61,580 bases of DNA, filler included, from Chiloscyllium plagiosum (GCF_004010195.1; 4 parts of one record of this genome joined end to end with filler, not necessarily neighbours in it), one strand, 5' to 3'; positions 36,720 through 50,741 are shown, numbered from the whole stretch's first letter. Translations and numbers: made by a program. The notes: generated by a model not told the origin, from the letters alone.

Positions 36720-38690
36720 AAAAAAAAACCCGAGTTCAACAAGCACAAATTTCCATTCATGACTCTAGGCATTCATGAGGCTCTGTGGCTCAGCAACAGC
36801 AGCAGAATTGTGTTCCACAATCTGAACCTCATGGCCCATCATATTCACCACTCAGGCTTCGCAATTATCCCCGTCCTCAATGATGGAAGAGCCCAACACT
36901 TAAGTGCAAAAGATGAGGCTAAAGCACTCTCAACAATTTTCAGCCAGAAGTGGCAAGTGGATGATCCATCTCTGTCTCCTCCAGTGGTCCCCAGCATTAT
37001 AGATGCCAGTCTTCCGCCAATTCGATTCACTCCATGTGATATCAAGAAATGGTTTGAGGCATGGGATAATGCAAAGGCTACAGACCTTGGCAACATTCTG
37101 GCAGTAGTACTGAAGACTTGTGCTCCAGAACTTGCCACTCCCCTAGCCAAGTTGCTCCCGTACAGTTGCAACATCTACCCGATAACGTAGAAAATTACCC
37201 AGGTCTACCTTATATGCACAAAAAGCAGGATAAATCCAACCCAACCCCATCAGTCTACTCTTGATCATTAGTAAAGCGATGGAAGGTGTCATCAACAGTG
37301 CTATCCATCAGCACCAGTTCACTAACATCCAGTTTGGGTTCCACCAGGGCCACTCACTTCCGGACCTCATTACAGCCTTGTTCAAACAGGGACAAAAGAG
37401 CTGAATTCCAGAGGTGAGGCAAGAGTGACACCCTTTGACATGAGGATTGCATTTGACAGAGTGTGACATCAAGGGACCCTAGCAAAACTGGAATCAATGG
37501 GTATCGGGCAAATTCTCTGCTAGTTGGAGTCATATCTGGTACAAAGGAAGATGGTTGTGTTTATTGGAGGTCAGTCACCTCAGCTCAGGACCTCTTTGCA
37601 GGAGTTCCTCAGGTAGTGTCCTGGGCTCAACCATCTTCAGCTGCTCCATCAGTGACCTTCCTCTGTCATAAGGTCAAAATTGGAGATGTTTACCGATGAT
37701 TGCACAATGTTCAGCACCATTTGCAATGACTCAGATACTGAAGCAGTCCACGATCAAATGTAACAAGATACTAACAATATCCAGGCTTGGGCTGACAAAT
37801 GGCAAATAACATTCATGCCGCACAAATGCCAGGCAATGACCATTTTCAAGAACAGACAATCTAATCATCACCCCTTGACATTCAAAGATGTTACCATCAC
37901 TGAACTCCTCCACTATCAACATCCTTGTGGTTACCATTGACCAGAAGTTCAATTGACTCGTCACGTAGCACAGTGGCGACAAGAACAGGTCAGAAGCTCA
38001 GAATATTGTGGAGAGTAACTCACTATCTGACTCCCTAAAGCCTGTCCACCATCTACAAGGCACAAATCAGGAGTCTTTTGGAATAATCCCCTCTTGCCTG
38101 GATCTATCTCTGTCTCCTTCAATGGTCCTCAGTCTTCCACCAATTCGATTCTCTCCATGTGATATCAAAAAATAGTTGGAGGCACTGGATAGTGCAAAGG
38201 CCTATGGACCTTACAAATTCCAACAATAAACAAAACTCAAAGAAGCTTAACACCATACAGGACAAAGCAGCCCACTAATTGGCATCATACCCACAAGCAT
38301 CCACTCCTTCCACCACCGATGTTCAGTAGCAGCAGTGTGTACTTTCTGCAAGACGCACATCAGAAATTCACTAAAGATTCTTGGACGGCAGCTTCCAAAC
38401 CCATGACACCTTCCATCTAGAAGGCCAAGAGCAGCAGGTATATGGGATCACCACCACCTGCAAGTTCCCCTTCAAGCTACTTACCATCCTGACTTGGAAA
38501 TATACTGCTGTTCCTTCAAAAGGGCCAAAACCCTGGAATTCTGTCCCTAAGGACACTGTGGGTTAGTTCAGTGTGTGGACTACAGTGGTTCAAGTGGCAG
38601 CTTACCACTACCTTCTCAAAGGCAGCCAGGGACAGCAATAAATGCTGGCCCAGGCAACGATATCCACAGCTCATGAGTGAATAAGAGAAC
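36720..38690 (+). mobile_element. CR1/L2-group LINE ORF2 RT region and 3'UTR, decayed
   Basis: KAxxxxxILAVVLKTCAPELATPLAKL, QFGF, GVPQ and FTDD (ttaccgatgat) motifs; AATAAA near 38637. Confidence 0.82.
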
Positions 38691-39720
38691 CCTTACTGTC
38701 TATATCCAATCAAGTCATTGACAACCAGATGTCCATTTATCTTATCCATTATAATAGATTCTAGCATTTTCTGTATTACTAATGTAAGTCTAACAGTCTG
38801 TATTTCCCGGTGTGTTCTCTCATTCTCTTCTTAAACAGTATGTTTACATTTCTACCTTCCAATCTGTAGAAATCATTAAAGAATCTATAGAATTCTTTAG
38901 AATGTAGATCAATAGAATGTCTATAGATAGTTGAACCACTCGAGCACTCTGAAATGTTGACCATCAGATTTTGGAGATTTATCAACTTTCAGCCCCAATA
39001 ATTTCTCCAGTCCTCTATTCTTGCTAGTACAAGTTTCCTTCAACTCCTCAGTCTTTATAACCACTTGCATCTCTAGTTCTGGTACCTTTTTGGTATTTTT
39101 CTCAGTGAAAACAGACACAAGGCAATCATTTAGCTTCTCTGCCATTTCTCTATTCCCCATTATACATTTTCATGACTTTTCCTTTAATGGACCTACAAGT
39201 GTTTTAGCCAAACCTCTTTTAGGTACATCGAAGCTTTCACAGTCACTGTTTGTTTGTTGGGTTGCATTTAGGTTCTATTTTACATTTCCTTATCAATATT
39301 TTTGTTGTCCTTTGTCGTATCAATGAACATCCCAATCCTCAAAATTACTGCTATATCTGGGAGCTTTTTACTGTCAGTCTTGTACAATCCTAAACTACTT
39401 TTGTTAGCCATAGTTACTGGTCTTTGTGGTTTTTACACCTTGAGGAAATGTATAGTTGCTATAAGTAATAGTTCTGTAAAGATCATCTATTGATTGTGTC
39501 AAGTCATTTTTTTATCCTACTTTGCCAATCAATCTCAGCCATACTTGTGCCTCATGCTTTCATTATTTCCCTTATTCAAATTTAACACCCAGAATTAACT
39601 GCCTTATTTTCAAATGTAATGCCATGTTCTGTGTTAAGTGGTCACTCATTCTTAAAGGTCCTTTTGCAACAAAATGGTTAATTAGCTTTTTACATATTAC
39701 GAGATCTAAAATAGCATGTA
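38690..39720 (-). mobile_element. CR1 LINE fragment
   Basis: EMAEKLNDCLVSVFTE..LKVDKSP. Confidence 0.7.
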
Positions 39721-40467
39721 CTCTAGAAAAAATAGAAGCAGGTGTTCACCATTCAGTCCTTCTCAAGACAACTCGGATATTCAATGAGAAATGGCACATC
39801 TACTTCAAAAAAAGTTTTCTGCACTGTCTGCACATTCCAGAAGGATCTGGAAAGGCACTGATATGTGTGCTTCCTTAGAGATTATTCCAAAAACTTTTTT
39901 TTGTCAAATGGACATCTGCATTCTTTAGCAACCTGGAGATATTAAAGGTCTATCATGCATATTTTTAAAACACTACTTTCTGGATACAATTTTCTTCTCT
40001 GCCTTTTCTTTAATCCTGTGTAAATTTATTACTGCTAATTCCATCATCATTTAGGATAGACATTCTGACGTCAGACATACAATCCTGAACCAAAACACTG
40101 CCTAACAACTCCACACCAGTGTTTATATTCCACACAGGCTTCTTCCCCCACCTAATCTAACCATACTAACAATTCCTTCTGTACAATTCCTGCAGATGTT
40201 TTGCTGCCTTCCTCCCTGGAATAGCAAGTTCCATGTTTTAACCTCTCTTTTTGAGTGTTTTCCTGAATTTCCAATTGGAATTATTAGTGACCATCTTGTA
40301 TTTAACTGGACCCAACTTTTTCTCATCCTTGCAAATGGAGACATTGTCTCTTGCTTTATCTAATGCCTTCATAATTTTATAGACCTTTGCCAGGTCACAC
40401 CTCAGCCTTCATTTTCCTTGAGAAAAGAACCCAGCTTATTCAGCCACTTCTGCTATCAATCATATAG

Positions 40468-40674
<207 letters not shown>

Positions 40675-41629
40675 TAAATATGGCGCAGAGCTGGAAAGGT
40701 GTTTTTAAATGAGGGCTAGGAATTAGAACCTAATCTGACTTTCATTTATTTCATATTCCCAGCCTCTGCAATATTGCAAGTTTATTTTAGTGTTCAGTTA
40801 GCTACTGTTTATCTTTCAGGAACGTCTCACTTGGAAAGGCTGCTTCTTTCTTGATCATGTGATTTGAAACTGTCAGCATGATATCAGCCACCCTGAGTTA
40901 TCTGTCCATTTAGACAAAAAAATGGACATGAAATGCTTAGTGTTTCTTTCTTTCTCCCGCTCTCTCCCTATGCTAGCTGAATATTTTCTATCTTTTTTGT
41001 TTGCTTTTATTTCTATCATCTGCAGTATTTTGTATTTGTTTTACTATTTAAGCAGCTATGATTTCATTGAACCATCTCACCTCACTGGAAGTCTGTTCAT
41101 AGTGTTGTTCAGTTTTTTTGGTAACCTCTATTCTTGCTCAGGAATGTTATGTAAAATGTCCTGTTTCCCTCCTTTAACTCTGCCACATATCCTTACTTGT
41201 AAAGTTCACTCATCTAAAATCCACTCTGTTCCTCTACTCCAGCTTTTTCATAATCATCTGTCTTTTATCCAAAGTGACTTTGACGGTCTGAATTAGAAAT
41301 GGAAATGCTATTCTTCTGTTTTTTCCTCTCAGTGGTTACTGTTTCTTCTTGTATCTCCAGTGTTGCTGCAATTTCTAAACTCTCTGACTTTGCTGTTCGA
41401 TTTCTCCACTGTCTTTCTCCTAAAAGGCATGGGACTGTGGAGTGGGAGCTGGGACTCGTTTTCTTAATGAAAACATATGTGGTAAAGGAAATACTGGAGC
41501 CAATCTTCCTACATTTATAGTTCACCTTGGAGTTATACATTACAAGCACAAATCCCCTAACCCAACAACCAGCTTCAGTTTGTATCTATTTATAAGGAGC
41601 CTAATGAAAGCTCAATTAAAATATACACA

Positions 41630-42530
41630 TTCTGCCGAAAGTGCCAAGTGGATGATCCATCTCTGTCATCCTCTATCAAAGACATCAGTATTCAGTTTCA
41701 CTCCACATGATATCAAGAATAGCTGAAGGCACTGGATACAGCAAAGGCTATGACCTCAATAATGTTCTGGCAGTAGTAGTGAAGATTTTACTCCAGGAAA
41801 AAAAACAGAAGTTGCTGGAAAGTCTCAGCAGGTCTGGCAGCATTTTTGGAGAGTTAATGTTTCAGGTTCAATGACCCTGTCTGATTTCCAGCATTCACAG
41901 TTCTTTCAGTTTTTATTTGTACTCCAGAACTAGTTGAGCCCATGTCAAGTTATTCCAGTACAGCTACATCTACCCTGACATGTGATAAGTTGCCTGCAAA
42001 TGTCCAGTCAAAATAACAGGGTAAAAAAGCAAGATACATATTAGCCAATTATCACCCTTTCAGTCTCTCTTCCAGACCTGCATAGGCTGTACCAGATACA
42101 ACTACATCACTCACTTCTAAAGACAATGAAAAGTTGCCCAGTGATGTCTGGTCCTTAAAACAAGGCTTGTCCAACCTGGCCAATTACTGCCCCAGCAGTC
42201 TACTCTCAATTATCAGTAAATTGATGGAAGATGTCAATCAGCAGTGCTATCAAGTGGCAATTGATCATCATGACTTGCTCACGGATTCCTAGTTTGGGTT
42301 CTGCCAGGGCCACTCAGTTCCCAACCTCATTAAAGCCTTGGCCCAACATGGACAAAAGAATTGGAGAGGTGAGGTGAGGTGGGGTTGACAGCCCTGGACA
42401 GCAAGGCTGCATGGGACTGTGTAGCATCAAGGAACCCCAGGAAAACTGGAATCAATGGGAATCGGGGTCAAATAGTTTTCTGGCTGGAGTTAGAGCTGGC
42501 ACAATGTAGGAGGTTGGTGATGATTGGAAG
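41630..42530 (+). mobile_element. Degenerate copy of the CR1/L2-group LINE at 36720
   Basis: aagtggatgatccatctctgtc, agtttgggttctgccagggccactca. Confidence 0.65.
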
Positions 42531-43059
42531 CTGAGAAAAAAGATTTTAGAAGGCTGCAATCCTGGTAAACATTGTGAAAAATATTTAAAAATTGATTGTT
42601 TTGGGCGTGGTGATGCCAGCAATTTATAACTGATGAGAGTTGTATTCCATGTAAAATAGCTTGCATAATTTATATTGTTGCTTTCTTTTGTGAGAAACCC
42701 ATGCTGTTGAGTAAACCATCTTTAAGGCAGAAATAAAACTGGACTTGGAGAATGGTAAGACACAATGGGCCCGTACAGATCAGCTGACCAATCAAGCTTC
42801 AGAGTTGCCTTCAGATATAATATCATGTGTATGATTAATTAGGGTAAGAAAAACATTCTAAAAGTAGCATTGTTGATTTAGAGTTGCTCTAGATTTAATA
42901 CTATAGCTGATGAATTACAAGGTTTTGCAGGTGATGACTGCGAATTTCAGAAACCCCTTTCTCTGAAAAGTATCATCCTTGAGAAGAGTCACTAATATAT
43001 TGATATGTTTCCAAAAGGGCTAACATAATTAAAAGTTACTTTTCCAGCTATGGGAGGGA

Positions 43060-45290
43060 TCATTCTGACTTCAAGTAAGGAGACCAAAACTGCATTCAGT
43101 ATTCGAGATGTGGTCTCACCAATACTCTGTATAATTGAAGCATAGTATCCTCACCTTTGTATCAGTTCTTCTCAAAATGAAAGATGACATTCCATTAGTC
43201 TCCTTGATCTCATGCTGTACTGCATACTAATGTTTTATGACTCCTGCACAAGAATGCTTAAATCCCTCTTCTGTCAATCTCTGGTTATTTTTATTCTGTC
43301 TTCCAAAATGAACAAATTAACATTTTCCCACATGATACTCCACCTCCCACATTTTTGTCCACTCACTCAATTATCTTTTATCCGTATGCAGACTTTGGTA
43401 TTGTCTTCACAATATATATTCCTAGCAATCTTTGTGTCATCTGCAAATTTAGCTACCATGCCTTTACTGCCCTTGTCTAAGCCATCAATGTAAATGATAA
43501 AATGTTGAGGCTGCATCCTAGATCCCTGTGAGACTCACTTGTTGCACCCTGCCAATTAGACAAAAAGCCATTCTTGCATACCCTGTGTATGCTGCCATCC
43601 AATCTCCTATCCATGCTAATATCTTACCCCTACACCATGCGCTTTTATGTTCTGCAATAACATTTGATGTGCCTTATCAAATGCCTTCTGGAAATCCACA
43701 CATAATGTATCTACAGGCTCCAATTATCCACAGTACAATTTGCTCCTTCAACGAGTTCCAATAAATTGGTTAAACATGATTTTCGTTTGATGAAATCGTG
43801 CTGACTCTTCCTGATTACCTTGAGACTTTCTAAATACCCAGTTATAGCCTCTTCAATCAATTTTTAACATCTTTTCCACAGTAGATGTCAAACTAACTGG
43901 CCTATGATTTGGAGAAGCCGGTGTTGGACTGGGGTGTATAAAGTTAAAAATCGCACAACAGCAGGTTATAGTCCAACAGGTTTATTTGGCAGCACTAGCT
44001 TTCGGAGCACCGCTGCGTCTTCAGGTAGTTGTGGAGTATAAGATCATAAGACACAGAATTTATAGCAAACGTTTACAGTGTGATGCAACTGAACTTTGTT
44101 TTTTTTTAATTTCCTTCCCTTCCTCAATAGATCGGTTGCATTTTCTATTTTCAAGTCTGATTGAACTTTCCTGAATTTAGGAAATGTTGGAAAATAAGTA
44201 TCAACAGAATGGCCTTTGTTTTTAAAAAAAAGTTCCTAGGAAGACGTACATTTGCGCTCGGAGACTTGCAAGCTCACAACACCATCAGTTTGATTAATTC
44301 TGCCTCCCAAGTGATTATAATTTCTCTAAGTGTCTATCTCTTCCACCCCCTGATTTGCAGCTAATAATTGAATGTTTTTTGTATGTTTTTGTGCTGTGGA
44401 GACAGAAGCAACGTTTGTCAATTTCAATCATAATTTCCTTTTTGTCTACTACTAGCTCCCCATCCTCACCCTTGAGAGGACCAACACTGAGTTTACTTCC
44501 TCTTTTCCATTATATTTATCAAGTGAAATTTTTGCTATCTGTTTTCAAATTCCTGGCTAGCTTCCTCTCTCACTCTAATTTCTTTCTCCTGATTAGTCAT
44601 TCTCAGCCATTCTTTATATTCTGACCATTCATTTGAGCTGCTACTCACCTTTTTGTAGTTTTGCTTTTTTCTTCAGTATTATGATTTTCTTAAATTCTTC
44701 AGTTAACAATGAATGGTGAGTCCTTCTTTTAGAACTTTGAGTAGAAATATACTTATTCTCATTCTGAAACATCTCCTTAAATGTCTGTCACTGTGTCTCT
44801 TTGATCTATCCCCACCTTAATATGCCAGTTAACTTTACCTAGCTCAGATTTCATGTCAGCGTAGTTGTTTTTATTTAAGTTTAAGATAATAGTCAGCCCC
44901 AGGTTTCTCCCTTTCCAACTAGATATAAAATTTAGTGATCTTGCGGGTACTGTTACCTGGGGGTGGGTGTGGTAGCTGTGAGGTCATTAATCTGTTATAT
45001 TATGCAATACCAAGTCTAACATAACCTGCCCTCTGGTTGGTCCCAGTACATGCTGTAAGTAACTTTTTCAAAAAGCGTTCTGAGTTACTCATCCAGATCA
45101 CTGATTTGGATTTTTCCAGATCATATGTCAAACCCAATATTTCTCTTTGTATCCTTTCTTCTACATTGTGGGTAGTGTTAGGAGGCATGGAGAGATGGCT
45201 CCTACTAATGATTTTCTTCTCCTACTGTTCCTCTGCTGTAACCAAACTAATTTTATATCCTGATCTCCTGAACAAAGGTCAGCTGTAATC
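43060..45290 (-). mobile_element. Old CR1 LINE (EN-RT) remnant with a Penelope-type insert at ~43907-44097
   Basis: gtgtcatctgcaaatt reads KFADDT on the minus strand. Confidence 0.7.
43993..44027 (-). ncRNA. Minimal hammerhead-like motif, second Penelope-type family
   Basis: CUGAAGA-CGCAGC(ggu)GCUCC-GAAA-GCUA, with palindromic AGCU stem III. Confidence 0.45.
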
Positions 45291-45464
45291 AGAAAAGTAG
45301 GTGTATCTTTGTGTCATTATGTGTTTTTGTCTCTGAACTCATCCAATACAACAAATATATCAGCAGAGATATTAAGTCATGCAGCAGTTACTGAAGTATT
45401 AATTATTTGAATTGATTTATAGGTGAAAACTTTGCTTTTTTTGTTCCAGAACATGAGCATTTTC

Positions 45465-46268
45465 TTGTTGTAGTTCTGTTCGCCAAGCTGGGAATTTGTG
45501 TTGCAGACATTTCGTCCCCTGTCTAGGTGACATCCTCAGTGCTTGGGAGCCTCCTGTGAAGCGCTTCTGTGATGTTTCCTCTGGCATTTGTAGTGGTTTG
45601 TCTCTGCAGCTTCCGGTTGTCAGTTTCAGCTGTCCGCTGCAGTGGCCGGTATATTGGGTCCAGGTCGATGTGTTTGTTGATAGAATCTGTGGATGAGTGC
45701 CATGCCTCTAGGAATTCCCTGGCTGTTCTCTGTCTGGCTTGCCCTATGATAGTAGTGTTGTCCCAGTCGAATTCATGTTGCTTGTCATCTGCGTGTGTGG
45801 CTACTAAGGATAGCTGGTCGTGTCGTTTCATGGCTAGTTGGTGTTCATGGATTCGGATCGTTAGCTGTCTTCCTGTTTGTCCTATGTAGTGTTTTGTGTA
45901 GTCCTTGCATGGGATTTTGTACACTACGTTGGTTTTGCTCATGCTGGGTATCGGGTCCTTCGTCCTGGTGAGTTGTTGTCTGAGAGTGGCTGTTGGTTTG
46001 TGTGCTGTTATGAGTCCTAGTGGTCGCAGTAGTCTGGCTGTCAGTTCAGAAATGTTCTTGATGTATGGTAACGTGGCTAGTCCTTTGGGTTGTGGCATGT
46101 CCTCATTCCGTTGTTCTGGAACAAAAACAAAGTTTTCACCTATAAATCAATTCAAATAATTAATACTTCAGTAGCTGCTGCATGACTTGAAATCTCTTGT
46201 TGTATTGAATGAGTTCAGAGACAAAGACACAACAACGAGCACCCGAGCTACAAATCTTCTCACGAACT
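45465..46268 (-). mobile_element. Penelope-like element 3' part (GIY-YIG endonuclease) with an inverted host-flank copy; 12-bp TSD
   Basis: ORF 45523-46098 NVVYKIPCKDYTKHYIGQTGRQLTIRIHEH..REFLEAWH. TSD atgagcattttc (45453-45464) and atgagcactttc (46269-46280). Confidence 0.9.
45503..45542 (-). ncRNA. Type I minimal hammerhead ribozyme overlapping the end of the Penelope GIY-YIG ORF
   Basis: gca-CUGAGGA-U-GUCACC(uagaca)GGGGAC-GAAA-UGUC-ugc. Stem I is gca/ugc; GUC cleavage triplet. Confidence 0.68.
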
Positions 46269-46887
46269 ATGAGCACTTTCAAATGATGGTACCAAACTTC
46301 TGAAAGAGTGCAAACTTAGTCAATAATTTTCAAAATACATTGAATAAGCATCAGAAAGGGAAGTCTGCAGGACTGCAAGAGCACACTTACACTTAATCAC
46401 TCTCTATTGTATGATTCGGTGATTCTGAAGCTTCCCCTCACCGTTTGATCCTAATTGTGACCACATCCATCAATGCTGGTATAGTGCATTAGGCAGTGGG
46501 TCTTTGCAGTGCCTTCCTGAGCTGCACCAGTTCTGGCTATGTGAAAACGTACACTGTGAAAAAGTGTGGATGAGGTGTTTCTCATGAATACTTCAACACC
46601 TACATTTTTTGTCTATCTTTGCCGTTGTTGAGAGTGTAGTGCTGGAAAAGCGCAGCAGGTCAGGCAGCATCCCAGGAGCAGGAGAATTGACATTTCAGGC
46701 ATAATCCCTATCTTTGCCACTGCTCATCTATGTCGCTGGCCCCATGTTCCAGTTTCACAATAATAATAGCCACCTTTGAATTTGCAGCTTTTGAAATGCA
46801 CTGGAATGATTCATTTGTTACAAACAGTGGTTTTGAAATGGACTTCAATGGCAATGGAAAATTATAAACATAATTTGCCTACAATAA

Positions 46888-47325
<438 letters not shown>

Positions 47326-47716
47326 TAGCATTGGATGTGAACTATGCCGATAACTTCAAAGAATCAGAAGGACACTATTTAGCCCATTTCTAGCTCCAGT
47401 TATCTAGTTAGTCCCATTTCCTCCTGTTCATTTTCCTAAATGGTTCATTTTAATACCATTATCTCCATAATTTAGTCCGACAAGATATGGTGAAAGAGTT
47501 GAGAAAATGTATTTGCTCATGTCTAGTGTTTCTTGGTCTTTCATGGGCTTTGTGAACTCCCTGGGTCAGATCTGATCCAGAAAACAAAGTGAAATTCACA
47601 ACTGATCTTGGAGGAACCTGTTTGGGAGAGGTCAAAGCACAGAAACAGATAAGTAAATAGTTTTAAGTATAGCCTGGCTGTAAATGTACATTAGTGAGTA
47701 GAGTGGGTTCTTTCTT

Positions 47717-48020
47717 GATTATGATTAGATTACCTACAGTGTGGAAACAGACCCTTCGGCCCAACAAGTCCACACCGACCCTCCGAAGAGCAACCCACCC
47801 AGACCCATTCCCCTACATTTACCCCTTCACCTAACACTATGGGCAATTTAGCATGGCCAATTCACCTAACCTGCACATTTTTGGAGCACCCGGAAGAAAC
47901 CCACGCAGACACTGGGAGAATGTGCAAACTCCACACAGACAGTTGCCTGAGGCGGGAATTGAACCTGCGTCTCTGGTGCTGTGAGGCAGCAGTGCTAACA
48001 ACTGTGCCACCGTGCTACCC
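47717..48020 (-). mobile_element. HE1-type SINE, near full length
   Basis: A box TGGCACAGTTG and B box GGTTCAATTCC on the minus strand; 3' end shared with CR1. Confidence 0.9.
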
Positions 48021-48094
48021 ACCTTTTTTTGGTGTTTTTATTGGGATAGATCTCTTGAGTAAATTTAAAAAATATAAGCCATATGTATTAAGTT

Positions 48095-50641
48095 AGCCTG
48101 GAGCAGTGTTTTACAGAGCAATAAGATGATATTTTTTGGATCTGTAGATTGGACGGAGAAAAATGGGCTTTGGTAGAGTAATATGCTCTTCTTGTCGGAT
48201 GTGGGAGTTTCAGGAGAGTTTAAGGGTTACTGAGGATTATATCTGCAATAAATGTCGTTGGTTGTGAATCCTGTCAGATCGAATGGATCACTTGGAGCAA
48301 CAATTACAGGCAGTGAGGAATTTACAAGAGCTAGGGGGTCAGATGGATGGCAGTTATAGGAAGGGGGAAAAGCCACAGATACTGTTAGATAGATGGGTTA
48401 ATTCCAAGAAAGGTAGGAGAGGTAGTTGGGTAGTACAGGAGTCTTCTGTAGCTATCCCCATTTCAAACAAGTATGCTGTTTTGGAAAATGTAGGGGGTGA
48501 TGGACTTTCAGGGGAATATCGCACAAACAGCCAAGTTTCTGGTATCAAGACTGGCTGAAACTTTATTGCTGGAACAGCACAGCAGGTCAGGCAGCATCTA
48601 GGGAACAGAAGATTCGACGTTTCGGGCACATGCCCTTCTTCCTGAAGAAGGGCATGTGCCCGAAACGTCGAATCTTCTGTTCCCTAGATGCTGCCTGACC
48701 TGCTGTGCTGTTCCAGCAATAAAGTTTCAGCTTTGATCTCCAGCGTCTGCAGACCTCACTTTCTCCTCGGTATCAAGACTGGCTCTAATGCAATGAGGGG
48801 TACATCGGGTTCCAAGATATTGATTGTGCTAGGGGACTCTCTAGTCAGGGGCACAGACAGATGTTTCTGGGTGGGGGGCGTGGGACCCAGGGAGATGGTA
48901 AGGAAGAAATCAATCTGAGACTGGTGCAGTTGAGAAAAGAAGTGAGTTAAACAGTCAGGGCAAAGAACAAGGTAGGACTGATAAATTAAACTGCATTTAT
49001 TTCAATGCAAGGGGCCGAACAGGGAAGGCAGATGAACTCAGGGCATGGTTAGGAAAATGGCACTGGGATATCCTAGCAATTACAGAAATGTGGCTCAGGG
49101 ATAGACAGGGCTTACAACTTAATATTCCAGCATATAAATACTATAGAAAGGATAGAAAGGGAGTCAAGAGAGGAGGGTGAGTGGCATTTTTGATAAAGGA
49201 TAGCATTACAGCTGTGCTGAGGGAGGATATTCCCAGAAGTACATCCAGGGAAGTTATTTGGGTGGAACTGAGAAATAAGAAAGGGATGATCACCTTATTG
49301 GGATTGTATTATATACCCCCTATTAGAGGGAAATAGAGAAATAAATTTGTAAGGAGATATCATTTATCTGTAAGAATAATAGGGTAGTTATGGTAGGGGA
49401 TTTTAACAAACATTGACTGGGATTGCCATCGTGTTAAGGGTTTAGATGGAGAGGAATTTGTTAAGTGTGTACAAGAAAATTTTCTGATTCAGTATGTGGA
49501 TGTACCTACAAGAGAAGGTGCAAAACTTGTCCTACTGTTGGGAAATAAGGCAGGGCAGGTGACTGAGGTGTCAATAGGGTAGCACTTTGGGACCAGCGAC
49601 CATAATTCTAGTAGTTTTAAAATAGTGATGGAAAAGGATCTAACAGACGAAGTTCTAAATTGGAGGAAGGCTAAGTTTGACGGTATTAGGCAAGAACTTT
49701 CAAAAGCTGATTGAGCACAAATGTTCGCAGGTAAAGTAACATCTGGAAAATGGGAAGCCTTCAGAAATGAGATAACGATAGACCAGCGAACGTATATTCC
49801 TGTCAGGGTGAAAGGATAGTATGGTAGGTGTAGGGAATGCTGGATGACTAGAGAAATTGAGGGTTTAATTAAGAAAAAGAAGAAAGCATATGTCAGGTAT
49901 AGACAGGAGAAATCGAGTGAGTCCTTAGAGTATAAAGGCAGTAGGAGTATACTTAAGAGGGAAATCAGGAGGGCAAAAAGGGGACATGAGATAGCTTTGG
50001 CAAAGAGTTAAGGAGAATCCAAAAGGTATTTACAAATACAGTAAGGGCAAAAGGATAAGTAGGGAGCGAATAGGGCCCCTCAAACTTCAGCAAGGCAGCC
50101 TTTGTATGGAGCTGCAGGAGATGGGGGAAATACTAAGTGAGTATTTTCTATCGGTGTATGCAGTGTGGCGAAGGACATTGAAAATATAGAATGTGCGGAA
50201 AAAGATGCTGGCATCTTGAAAAAGGTTCATATTACAGAGGAGGAAGTGCTATATATCTTGAAACGCATAAAAGTGGATAAATCCCCAGGGCGTAATCAAA
50301 TGTACCCTAGAACTCTGTGGGAAGCTAAGGAAGTGATGGCTGGACTCCATGCTAAGATATTTGTATCATCGATGGTCACAGGTGAGGTGCCAAAAGACTA
50401 GAGGTTGGCAAACATGGTACCATTATTTAAGAAGGGTGATAAGGACAAGCCAGGGAACTATAGACCACTCTATAGCCTGATGTCGGTGGTGGGCAAGTTG
50501 TTGGGAGGGAATCCTGAGGGACAGGATGTACATGTATTTGGAGAGGCAAGGACTGATTAGGGATAGTCAACATGGCTTTGTGCGTGGGAAATCATGTCTC
50601 ACAAAATTGATTGAGGTTTTTTTGAAAAAGTAACAAAGAGG
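48095..50641 (+). mobile_element. CR1 LINE with retained 5' region (ORF1 zinc finger, deleted esterase; ORF2 EN plus RT start), truncated by the spacer
   Basis: CSSC..YICNKC at ~48184-48256, VLGDSLVRGTD, LNCIYFNAR at ~48987, GDFN, SDHN and KVDKSPG. Confidence 0.9.
48554..48768. mobile_element. Penelope-derived palindromic insertion (88-bp perfect arms, 2-nt loop) with hammerhead motif; 16-bp TSD
   Basis: Arms at 48554-48641 and 48644-48731. TSD ggtatcaagactggct at 48541-48556 and 48769-48784. Confidence 0.9.
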
Positions 50642-50741
50642 NNNNNNNNNNNNNNNNNNNNNNNNNNNNNNNNNNNNNNNNNNNNTTAATTAATTAANNN
50701 NNNNNNNNNNNNNNNNNNNNNNNNNNNNNNNNNNNNNNNNN
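50642..50741. other. Artificial contig/scaffold spacer
   Basis: 44N-TTAATTAATTAA-44N. Confidence 0.95.

Noticed and set aside
47930..48020. tRNA-like A/B boxes (also at ~3650-3703, ~8760-8826 and ~24660-24729)
   Set aside because: These are SINE heads attached to a SINE body and tail, not tRNA genes.
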